64,000 nt of DNA, taken from the sequence record NC_031043.1; one strand, 5' to 3'. Numbering within the stretch: the stretch's first letter is position 1; each line of letters opens with the position of its first letter. The notes below the pieces were generated by a model. The model made no database searches. It was not told the origin of the DNA and was given only the letters and a program-made list of their open reading frames with translations. A program made the position numbers and the translations under genes. Below are positions 37,854 to 46,325 of this stretch, piece by piece.

Positions 37854-38717
37854 ATGAATGATTTATACAACTACTACGCTAACTGCCTGCTCGCCGTGCG
37901 TCACCCTGACCGTGCAGCACCGTTATGTGACCTTGTGGCGTTGGCCATCGACAACGATTATGAACCCGCATTAGAACAGATTTATAACCTGGAGATGGAT
38001 GACGTTTCTACACACATTGACACTTTGGAAGGGTGGATTGTCAGCTGCGTAGTAGGGCTAGGTCATCGACTGGGTATTGCTTTTGATGCACCAGCCTGTT
38101 ACCGCAACCCGCGTGTACCATTGCTGGTATTAAAAGCGGTACTGGAAGATATCGAAACATTCGAGGACTTCGAAGAGGTACAGGCTATCTCCATGTCGGG
38201 TGAACCGGAAGGGATTATCCTTGAGAACATGGTACGCTACATCTACGCCGATAACTACTTCGAAATCGGTGAGTGTATCAAACTGGTTGAACCTCGCTTG
38301 ATGACCGTTATCAGTAACTTTCTGAATGCCAGTTCACTTGAAGACGATGCCACCGGTGTGGATGACAGTGAACTGCAACGGATGGTAACGTATATTCGTC
38401 AGTATCCTGAGAACCCATGTGTCTGGGCTTTCCAGAACGCGGCGCGTACAACCGAACCTAACGTACTGGCAACCTCGTTGGTCTTCGAAGAGACCAGTGT
38501 GCCTATTGACCGCCTGCTGGAAATCTATTCCGTAGGTATGGCACTGTACAATAACGACACCTTTGATGGGGCGTATGCCGCACTTGAGAAGATGTTAGCA
38601 ATTATTAACACTGATGAGCGTCCACCGATGCCAATCCTGCAAGCAGGGGCCGCAGCGCTACGCACGATTTACGGAGTGGAGGATGGACAAGTACAGTTAT
38701 CTGATAGCGGCCTGTAA
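37854..38717 (+). CDS. conserved hypothetical acidic helical protein
   Basis: 287 aa; AGGA SD; precedes the vRNAP subunit. Confidence 0.75.
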   Translation: MNDLYNYYANCLLAVRHPDRAAPLCDLVALAIDNDYEPALEQIYNLEMDDVSTHIDTLEGWIVSCVVGLGHRLGIAFDAPACYRNPRVPLLVLKAVLEDIETFEDFEEVQAISMSGEPEGIILENMVRYIYADNYFEIGECIKLVEPRLMTVISNFLNASSLEDDATGVDDSELQRMVTYIRQYPENPCVWAFQNAARTTEPNVLATSLVFEETSVPIDRLLEIYSVGMALYNNDTFDGAYAALEKMLAIINTDERPPMPILQAGAAALRTIYGVEDGQVQLSDSGL

Positions 38718-39978
38718 TTCCAATGCGTGGAAACGGCTCTCCTGGCGCATGTCGATATTTAACGTGTGCCGTTTCCCTGAGAACGGTAAACCGCAAGCAT
38801 ACGACCTGTCGTATGTCGATGGGGTGCCGCACTTCTGGGATATAGATGAAGACACGTTAGGTAAATGGTCACCGATTACCGGGGTTCGTCCTAACGAAGA
38901 AATCTTCTGGCCGGAAGAAGAGTTACCGATTAAAGCGGGTGATTATCCGGGACTTGAGAAAGACCTGCTCACCACTGCGGGTCGTTACGTGGCCAACTGG
39001 ATTGTGATTTACTTCTCGGTAGGGAAACGTCTTCCTTATCTAGAAGACGGGCAAACGTTCATGGTGTACGAGAGCGAATTGTACAACCGTTGCCTGAAAT
39101 CTGAGACAGATGACCCGGACAACACCGAAGCCATCCGTCCATCGCACATTAACGCGTTTATACAGGGCCTCAGTGAGCTTTCGCCGATGTGTAAGGCGAT
39201 TGTACCCACTGGGACACTGCGCTCGTTAGAGACGCACCCAGACCTGTATAAGGTACGTGACGCATTACTTGAAAAACACAAAGATGAATTGGATGACCCG
39301 GCCGTGGTCGTGAAGATTCAGAAAGTGTTGGACGACATGGACACCGAATGGTTGAAAGGTGACCAGTCCATCGAGTTCTTCAGTTCGAAGAAATCCCGCA
39401 TGCGTCGTCGTAAGCTGTTAATCATGCACGGGATTGAAGCCGCCTTTAAAGAAGGGGGCGACTACACCCTGATACCGACGTCATTAATCGAAGGGGGCGA
39501 CCTGACGAAGCTCGTTGAGAAATTCAACGGCGTCCGTGAAGGTTCCTTCTCCCGTGGTGCGGAAACCGCGAAAGGCGGGGAACAGGTTCGAATCATCCAG
39601 ATGATTTTCCAGAACCACCGTATCACTGCAGATGACTGCGGTACTAAACTGACCCACCTCGTGTTCATCAACGATACTAATGTTGAACGTTACGTGGGAA
39701 TGAATATGGTTGATGGCGGTAAATTGGTGAATCTTACCAAGAAACTGTTAAAGGATATGCTGGGTAAAGCTATCCGCATCCGTCGACCTATCTTATGTCA
39801 ACGTGGCCACGTCGATACCTGTGCAGGCTGCTCCAGTGCGACAAAGTCCAACGAAGAACGCGCCATCGCCGCCGATGTATCAACCGCGATGTCTAACGTT
39901 ATGTTGAACGCCATGGGCGCAATGCACGGCCGTGAAACTGTGGTGGCCGAATACAAACCTCGATTCCACATTACCTAA
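38683..39978 (+). CDS. virion RNAP beta-prime middle subunit (phiKZ gp80-like)
   Basis: ATG 38683 with GGAGG SD; bridge-helix-like GVREGSFSRGAETAKGG, DDCGT, RRPILC...CAGC Zn site. Confidence 0.85.
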   Translation: MDKYSYLIAACNSNAWKRLSWRMSIFNVCRFPENGKPQAYDLSYVDGVPHFWDIDEDTLGKWSPITGVRPNEEIFWPEEELPIKAGDYPGLEKDLLTTAGRYVANWIVIYFSVGKRLPYLEDGQTFMVYESELYNRCLKSETDDPDNTEAIRPSHINAFIQGLSELSPMCKAIVPTGTLRSLETHPDLYKVRDALLEKHKDELDDPAVVVKIQKVLDDMDTEWLKGDQSIEFFSSKKSRMRRRKLLIMHGIEAAFKEGGDYTLIPTSLIEGGDLTKLVEKFNGVREGSFSRGAETAKGGEQVRIIQMIFQNHRITADDCGTKLTHLVFINDTNVERYVGMNMVDGGKLVNLTKKLLKDMLGKAIRIRRPILCQRGHVDTCAGCSSATKSNEERAIAADVSTAMSNVMLNAMGAMHGRETVVAEYKPRFHIT

Positions 39979-39988
39979 GGGCTCTGTC

Positions 39989-40579
39989 ATGGGAAACAAA
40001 GATAACCGTCAATCACAAGCTTCTGGCGAAGAGAAGACCCCTGTGCTTGAAACTACTGCAGTAGAAACCACCTCGCAAGAGTCACCGCGTCCTGACCTGA
40101 CTCCTGCGGTTGAAACGACTGCACAAGTAGCACCAATTGTTGGCGTAAATGCTGAAGAGCAATACGACCTGAAACTGCTGGGCGAGCTGCTGGAAGAGTA
40201 CAGCAACAACTCTGGTATGCACGTTGACCTGAACAGCACGAAGTCTAAAGTGGCGTTCTCCAAACTGCACCATGCGTTCCGCCTGCTGTTCAAAATGCGT
40301 GGTCAAGCGTTTAAGAGCGGCTTTGCTGCACTGATTAACGTGATTAACGACGCAACTACCAAAGCGTTCCACCCGAAGGTCGTGAACTACCATCTGTCTA
40401 ATCTGTCCCCAGAAGAGCAGCAGGTCTTCATCATCTTCATCAACTACGCTGGCCGCTTTGCTCGCTTTGATAACAAATCTAAGTTCTCTAAAAACACCAA
40501 CGTGTCGCGTCTGACCGAACTGGTAGTTGACCCAGAGCTGAAAGGTTTGCTGAACGAAGTGTTCCTCGTTACGCAATAA
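39989..40579 (+). CDS. hypothetical protein with low-complexity N-terminus
   Basis: About 196 aa; AVETT repeated in the N-terminus. Confidence 0.75.
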   Translation: MGNKDNRQSQASGEEKTPVLETTAVETTSQESPRPDLTPAVETTAQVAPIVGVNAEEQYDLKLLGELLEEYSNNSGMHVDLNSTKSKVAFSKLHHAFRLLFKMRGQAFKSGFAALINVINDATTKAFHPKVVNYHLSNLSPEEQQVFIIFINYAGRFARFDNKSKFSKNTNVSRLTELVVDPELKGLLNEVFLVTQ

Positions 40580-40632
40580 AAAATAAAGGCTACCTACTTA
40601 CCCTCACGGGTAAGTAGGACCTTATCTTTTTT
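40577..40632. terminator. terminator, probably bidirectional
   Basis: CCTACTTACCC-TCAC-GGGTAAGTAGG (40593-40618) flanked by A and T tracts. Confidence 0.85.
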
Positions 40633-40691
40633 TGGATAGATATCATCAGGGTGAGAAGACAATTCCGTCTTCATTTACGAAAGGAATGTTT

Positions 40692-40820
40692 ATGAAACGT
40701 CGCATCGCCCCGACTCCACCGCGTCAGCCTAGCATGGCAGACACACTCCGTTTGATGGCAAGCCTGACAGGACGTCCATCACGTCCTCCGATTAAGGAGG
40801 TTACAAAAGGATTGAGTTAA
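40692..40820 (+). CDS. 42-aa Arg/Pro-rich peptide
   Basis: AAGGA SD at 40681; sits between two hairpins. Confidence 0.45.
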   Translation: MKRRIAPTPPRQPSMADTLRLMASLTGRPSRPPIKEVTKGLS

Positions 40821-40834
40821 GAGCTTTAATTTAA

Positions 40835-40860
40835 TAGGGTGGTGTTAGCGCACCACCCTA
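40835..40860. terminator. hairpin between convergent genes
   Basis: TAGGGTGGTG/CACCACCCTA perfect 10-bp stem. Confidence 0.7.
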
Positions 40861-40887
40861 CTTCTCCATATGATACTTATTTTTTTG

Positions 40888-42675
40888 TTACGCCGCTTCG
40901 GTAACCTCAGTTACTGGTTCATCGTTAGCTGCCGCCATACGCTCCAAGAACTTCTCAAGCACATGGTCTTTGTCTGGCATCAAGAACAACTCGTTAGCAA
41001 TCTCCATCGCATTGACCCGGCCCGCAGTCAGGTTTACCCCCGCACGACGACGAACATCTTCGCTTACCCCTTCAATAGAGATAAGTTCGATGATAGTGGT
41101 CTCCCGGGATTGGTTGGCCATATTCGTACAAGATGGGTATGCCTGTGTCAAGTCGGCATCTGCAGTTTGACCACGGAAAGCTGTCAACAGCATCGGGACT
41201 TCTTTCACAGCATACAGCCCGTTCTCGGCGTTCATGTGTGCCGGTAACGTCACTATCCAGCCATCTGTCCCGATAACCTCCTCATCGAAGTCATTCTTAA
41301 TCGCATTCCCCACTGACCCGATAACCAGCCCTTGCTCATGCAAGAAGTAGGTGAACTCGTTACAGATACGCTTCGGTAGCGATGGGAAGATATCGTACAT
41401 GGAAACACCGGCCAACACCGAGAGTGCAGATGCCAAGTCGTTGTTCTTCTGGTCGAGTAACACAATGAGAAGGTTATCCATTATGTTGTAGGCGCAATAC
41501 TCCAACGCATGTTCTTTCTGCGCAGTGATGTGCCAATCGACGTTATCTTTATACTCCAGTCCAGGAATGTCCATTTTACCGACCCCCACTTCACTTTCCA
41601 GAATCGCGGAGAGTTTGTAGGTTGGACGGTTACCTTCGTGCGTACGGATTTTCTTAAACAGGCACATGGCATCGACGGCATAAAACGATGCTTGACAATA
41701 CAGCACATGCCATTGGTCTGCAGGAGACTTGGTGAGGGTTTTGGACTCGGTCTTCTTCGACGCTTGGTCACGCTTGTACCACACGTTACGATATTTAACC
41801 GGCACGTCCGGATGACAGAATACATCCTCTAAAGGAATCCCCGCGGCTTCCAGCTCCTTAATCATAATCGTTAAGTCGTAATCGATGTTCCACGCCACCA
41901 ATAAGTCAGGCAATAAACGGTGGACTTCATGGAACATAGCTACGATACAGTCAGCAGGACGCGCGCACTGGTGAACGAATATCTCGTAGTCAGAGATAAT
42001 GTCGCGGTATTCAATCTGCCCTTCCGGCAGCTTCTTACCTTTCTTGTCACGGGTGAAGGGAACTTTCTTCAGCAGCTCAACGGTTTTCCCAACGATTGCT
42101 TCCCGGCCGCCTTTGACTCGGTTCATGTAATCATCGTGAGCGAAGAAGTGAATCTCATTATCACAAACAAACGAAACCATCTCCATTCGCTTGGAACCAT
42201 CGTCTTCTTTGGTTTCCACGTCGAATACGCAGATACGGTTTAACGACTGAGCTTCTGGCCACTTCTGTTTGTACTTCTGCTTGATATAACTGGTGACAGG
42301 TAGGTCGGCCCAATAAACAAACGGACTACGACAAACCATCTTTAATGAAGTTTTCGGGTTCGGGAAGTTGTACCCCAAGCCCATCTGAATGGCCGTGGCC
42401 ATTTTCACATCGGTGGTTTTAATCTCGATGCATTTGTCCCGATGTTCGTATTCTTTTTTCTCTTGATGGTTTTGGAAAGGTTTCTGGGTGATGAATATCG
42501 GACGTTTTACGTTTTCAAGCATCACCAAACGTGGAATCTGACGGCCATCTTTAGTATGGACGACCTCCTTAATGACGACCAAGTCGTTTTGCTTTTCGGC
42601 ATCGGTCGAGTAGGCGACGGACTTACATTCTTTGCCAGCGACGTCATCAGGGTGAAAGTGTAAGTTGCTTACCAT
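40888..42675 (-). CDS. family B DNA polymerase N-terminal subunit: 3'-5' exonuclease plus motif A (phiKZ gp82-like)
   Basis: ExoI FDVET, ExoII AWNIDYD, ExoIII YCAYNIMD, motif A DLTQAYPS (41131-41154). Confidence 0.88.
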   Translation of the reverse strand: MVSNLHFHPDDVAGKECKSVAYSTDAEKQNDLVVIKEVVHTKDGRQIPRLVMLENVKRPIFITQKPFQNHQEKKEYEHRDKCIEIKTTDVKMATAIQMGLGYNFPNPKTSLKMVCRSPFVYWADLPVTSYIKQKYKQKWPEAQSLNRICVFDVETKEDDGSKRMEMVSFVCDNEIHFFAHDDYMNRVKGGREAIVGKTVELLKKVPFTRDKKGKKLPEGQIEYRDIISDYEIFVHQCARPADCIVAMFHEVHRLLPDLLVAWNIDYDLTIMIKELEAAGIPLEDVFCHPDVPVKYRNVWYKRDQASKKTESKTLTKSPADQWHVLYCQASFYAVDAMCLFKKIRTHEGNRPTYKLSAILESEVGVGKMDIPGLEYKDNVDWHITAQKEHALEYCAYNIMDNLLIVLLDQKNNDLASALSVLAGVSMYDIFPSLPKRICNEFTYFLHEQGLVIGSVGNAIKNDFDEEVIGTDGWIVTLPAHMNAENGLYAVKEVPMLLTAFRGQTADADLTQAYPSCTNMANQSRETTIIELISIEGVSEDVRRRAGVNLTAGRVNAMEIANELFLMPDKDHVLEKFLERMAAANDEPVTEVTEAA

Positions 42676-42718
42676 AGCGGCCCTTCTTATTCGGTTGCTC
42701 GATTATAGGTTTCAGTAT

Positions 42719-42746
42719 CTATATTGAGGCACTCTATTGTAAAAAA
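42719..42746 (-). promoter_or_regulatory. middle-type promoter TTTTTTAC-N15-TATAG (minus strand)
   Basis: Same motif, oriented toward the exonuclease subunit. Confidence 0.7.
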
Positions 42747-42760
42747 TTTAAGGATTCCCC

Positions 42761-44104
42761 ATGGGACATTGGTTAAACCTTGCTGAACGGTTGGCGAACC
42801 GTCAGTATGTAGCCTCGGAATCTATCCGATTCCAACAACGCGACAAGTTTGAAAAGCTCACAGCCGCCGTTGCCGAATTCCGTAAGAACAACTACAGCCG
42901 TACCGCGTACGAGACCTCGACCATTCCGGAAGTTATCATGGATTGTTTCGGGGTCAATGTTCGTTTATGTGACGGCGGCGAACTGGGGATGGCCGATACC
43001 CGTCTGGCCGCGGTACATCCGCCAGAGCTGGATAAGAACCACCCGCTAGTACCTGAGTTCCAACGCATGGTGTATAAAGGCAATAACGACCTTGCCATTT
43101 ACAGCAAGTTTGCGAAAGACGGTGTCATCATTGGGGAAGTGAGTGATGCGGATGCTCGTATCAGTGGCGACTACAGTAAAATCGTGTGTCAGTTGTACGT
43201 GACACCGGTACTGTTCTCTGACCCAGAGTTCACCGATGAAGAGTTGGCTGCGATTATCCTGCATGAAGTGGGCCACATTTATACGTACTTCAAGTTGATT
43301 GGCCGTACGCTGCTGACCAACATGATTGCGGATGCGGCTGCTAATCGCCTGATGAAGACCGAAGACCCGAAAGAGAAGATGAAAATCGTGTCGGATGTTG
43401 AAAAACTCCTTAACACGAAAATCAATCAGCCGGATACCTTGCTGGTCGAATACCGTAAAGAAGCCCTGTACATGCATTTGGTGACAGACTTGTCTCAGCC
43501 ACGCATCAATGCGGTCGCTTCTAACGGTTACGCCAACCGTAACTGGGAACGTCTGGCTGACGACTTTGCTGCCCGTTGTGGTGCAGGACAGTATCTGGCA
43601 TCCGGGCTGTTTAAGCTCGAGTCTTCGCCAATGTACCTCGCCCGTAACAGCGCGTTCATCGATTACGGTACCCACATCGTGACGCAGGTCGCCTTACTGG
43701 GCTTCGTTATTTATAATGCGGCGTACATGCCATTCGTCACGGCCGGGCTGTGTGTGCTGGGTCTGGTTATCTCTGACCCGCAGAACTACATCTACGACCA
43801 ACCACAAGAACGCTTTGAAACCTTGCGTCGTACCATGATGCAGGAGCTGCGCGTTTACGAAGGCGTGAACTCGAAAGAGGCCAACGAATACCGTAAGCGT
43901 ATCCTGAAAGAGGTGGGCGTGGTGGATAACCTGTTGTCTGAAGTGAAAGATAAAGACAACGTGTTTAAACTGTTCCACGACTACTTGACTCCGTCAGGTC
44001 GCCGTGAAAAACGCGCTATCGAATTCCAGCAGGATATCGAAAGATTCCTGACGTCTGACTTAGCCCTGGCTTCAGCCCGCCTGAGTACCGCGGCAACGAA
44101 ATAA
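42761..44104 (+). CDS. virion head protein with M48-like zinc metallopeptidase signature
   Basis: ILHEVGH (43262-43276), ERLADDFA, hydrophobic segment, N-terminal VASES site; first gene of the head-protein cluster. Confidence 0.6.
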   Translation: MGHWLNLAERLANRQYVASESIRFQQRDKFEKLTAAVAEFRKNNYSRTAYETSTIPEVIMDCFGVNVRLCDGGELGMADTRLAAVHPPELDKNHPLVPEFQRMVYKGNNDLAIYSKFAKDGVIIGEVSDADARISGDYSKIVCQLYVTPVLFSDPEFTDEELAAIILHEVGHIYTYFKLIGRTLLTNMIADAAANRLMKTEDPKEKMKIVSDVEKLLNTKINQPDTLLVEYRKEALYMHLVTDLSQPRINAVASNGYANRNWERLADDFAARCGAGQYLASGLFKLESSPMYLARNSAFIDYGTHIVTQVALLGFVIYNAAYMPFVTAGLCVLGLVISDPQNYIYDQPQERFETLRRTMMQELRVYEGVNSKEANEYRKRILKEVGVVDNLLSEVKDKDNVFKLFHDYLTPSGRREKRAIEFQQDIERFLTSDLALASARLSTAATK

Positions 44105-44123
44105 CCCTTAACGAGGAATCAAC

Positions 44124-44564
44124 ATGACTCACAAAATTACCATTGCGAATCTGGTACTGGACTTCAAACGTAAGAATGAAGGAAAGGGTGTTACCGCAAC
44201 TCGTGCGCTGTCTACCTTGATGGCTATCTGTTTGGCGTTCAATGCTCCTCTGCCGAACGTGGGCAAGACGGGCGCACAAGAAGCTGCCCGTCAGGTGCTG
44301 CGTCCGTACCTGACCAAAATCACCTCCGATGTCAATGAGCTGATGCACATTGATTACTGCACTGTTGACTCGCTGACTGTTGCTATCTACTGCAACCGTT
44401 ACGAACAAGCGTGGAACCCACGCGGTGCTATCGACGCTTTCTCTATCCAGCAGATTGTGGCGGAAGGGATTGGTGACGATATTTGGGAAACCGTTCGTCT
44501 GTGGCTGGACCGCTTTATGTCTGCTGTTGAATTCTATCAGATGGAAGCGAAGGAGGGCGAATGA
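44124..44564 (+). CDS. small conserved probable virion protein
   Basis: 146 aa; GAGGA SD. Confidence 0.7.
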   Translation: MTHKITIANLVLDFKRKNEGKGVTATRALSTLMAICLAFNAPLPNVGKTGAQEAARQVLRPYLTKITSDVNELMHIDYCTVDSLTVAIYCNRYEQAWNPRGAIDAFSIQQIVAEGIGDDIWETVRLWLDRFMSAVEFYQMEAKEGE

Positions 44565-46276
44565 GCCAATTATCTGGGACGAGCGGAGGTATCCCGACGG
44601 ATGTGAAGTTTCGTCTGGGTGACTTAGGCGACCTTGCTCGACAGCAATCCACTGAGGGCATTACCGAAATTGATGACCTCATCGCTTATCTGAACAAAAC
44701 CGATGCGCAGGTCGAGTACGGGGATAAAATCCTGAACACGCTTGACCAAGTGTTGGCTGAGATTCGTGGCCGTGGTATTAACCAAGACACGTTCGTGGCC
44801 GTTGAGTCAATCCGCCCGGGTACTATCCCTGCTGCTGTCCGTAGCGTACTGACCAGTAACTTCTCACGTGTCCATCGTGAAGAGACGGTGGTTGCACTGG
44901 AGTCGTATGCCCAAGTGGGTAAGTACGGTATCCTGTTGCTGTTGGTGGGTGCGGTTATCAAAATCCTGTCATGGATTGTGAAGAACTCCACCGCTGCCGG
45001 TGGTGGTAACGGTCAGGAAGGGGATGACTACAAAGGGGATGCGGACGGGCGTGTCGACGGTGCCTCAATGGACGGAGAAACCATTCTCGGTTCACTGAAG
45101 ACTACCGTGGTCAAAGACGGTTACGTGACCGCCTTCCCGTCAGCCAAAGACCCGAAGAGCCAGAAAGAAGTTAACGATGTGGCCGCTATCCTCGATGCGC
45201 GCATTGCAGAAGCAGGAGCAGAAGATTACTTCAACTCCCTGTCTGCAGTCGTCACTGGGGGCAAGTCCTTCGTTGCACCAATTCTGGCGAAAGCAGCCAA
45301 AGGGGAAGTCAGTCAGCGTGAAGCGTTGATTGAATTAATTACCCAAGTGGTGGCCTGCGGTGCCCCTTCTGCCATCTTTACCGACCGTGCTGCTCAAGCA
45401 GCGTGGGGTGTACTGCCTAAACCGGCTAAAGAAGCAGGTGTACGCTACGCTACGGGGTCTTTGTTCAAACGTTACACCAATGCACTGACTAACTTGAACG
45501 GCGATGCTGCACGCTTTGAGGGCTTCTTAAACGATGTCACCAGTAAGCTGCTGCGTCCTGAGCAAGTACCGCAGTCAGTACCAGCGTCCATGGCATTGGA
45601 ATTCGTGACCATCGTCTCCACGTTATCCGCGACTGTGTTCTCCATGCTGGAACGTGACGCCAGTGGTAACCCTGCGGCATCAACCGAGCTGTCTTCTATC
45701 GGCTTCCGCATTAAACCGGATTTCGCGAAGAAGTTGATTGGTTATACCGAAGCGACAGGCACTACCGGGTCGTACGAGTTCCGCTATGTGACTTCTGGCG
45801 CGTTTATGTGCACAGAGTTACTGGTTGACTTGCTCAACAACACCGGTATCTCCGATAATGACCATCCGGCCATTCTGAAATCCTTAACGTTGTTAGGGCC
45901 GAAAGAACTGGAGTCGAATCCAAAGACGGACATTGCGAAATACTCAGCCTTACTGAAACGATTCGAAGCGTTGTATGACGACTACGATGACATCGGTAAG
46001 CTGATGCAGAAGAAGCTGAAAGAGATGCCACACTTCAAACAGTTTGAAGACAACATCTACGAAGCCATCTCCGGCAATAAGCAAACCGCCGCCATTGGTA
46101 AAGACACCGGGCTGTATGAAATTGGCGCAGGTAGTGACGAACCGGGTTCGAGCTTCTTCAAAGGTTCTAAAGCGGTGCTTGCAGTATGCCGTGACTTTGC
46201 GAAGACCGGTGGAGCGTTGACGAAGGTTGTTGACCGCCACAACAAATCCCCATGGGTACGTTCGATTAAAAAATAA
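44561..46276 (+). CDS. internal head (ejection) protein with A-x-E propeptide sites
   Basis: 571 aa; VAVES and VALES in the N-terminus, then a hydrophobic helix; SPN3US gp47-like position. Confidence 0.65.
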   Translation: MSQLSGTSGGIPTDVKFRLGDLGDLARQQSTEGITEIDDLIAYLNKTDAQVEYGDKILNTLDQVLAEIRGRGINQDTFVAVESIRPGTIPAAVRSVLTSNFSRVHREETVVALESYAQVGKYGILLLLVGAVIKILSWIVKNSTAAGGGNGQEGDDYKGDADGRVDGASMDGETILGSLKTTVVKDGYVTAFPSAKDPKSQKEVNDVAAILDARIAEAGAEDYFNSLSAVVTGGKSFVAPILAKAAKGEVSQREALIELITQVVACGAPSAIFTDRAAQAAWGVLPKPAKEAGVRYATGSLFKRYTNALTNLNGDAARFEGFLNDVTSKLLRPEQVPQSVPASMALEFVTIVSTLSATVFSMLERDASGNPAASTELSSIGFRIKPDFAKKLIGYTEATGTTGSYEFRYVTSGAFMCTELLVDLLNNTGISDNDHPAILKSLTLLGPKELESNPKTDIAKYSALLKRFEALYDDYDDIGKLMQKKLKEMPHFKQFEDNIYEAISGNKQTAAIGKDTGLYEIGAGSDEPGSSFFKGSKAVLAVCRDFAKTGGALTKVVDRHNKSPWVRSIKK

Positions 46277-46325
46277 AGTAGGTCCCTACCCCCCGATGGG
46301 GGGTAGGGGTACCTTTTATTTTGTT
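46268..46325. terminator. bidirectional terminator
   Basis: CCCTACCCCCC/GGGGGGTAGGG stem between convergent genes, with A and T tracts. Confidence 0.85.

Noticed and set aside
40632-40691. Longer 62-aa version of the micro-ORF
   Set aside because: Its TTG start lies in the terminator T tail with no SD; the internal ATG at 40692 has AAGGA
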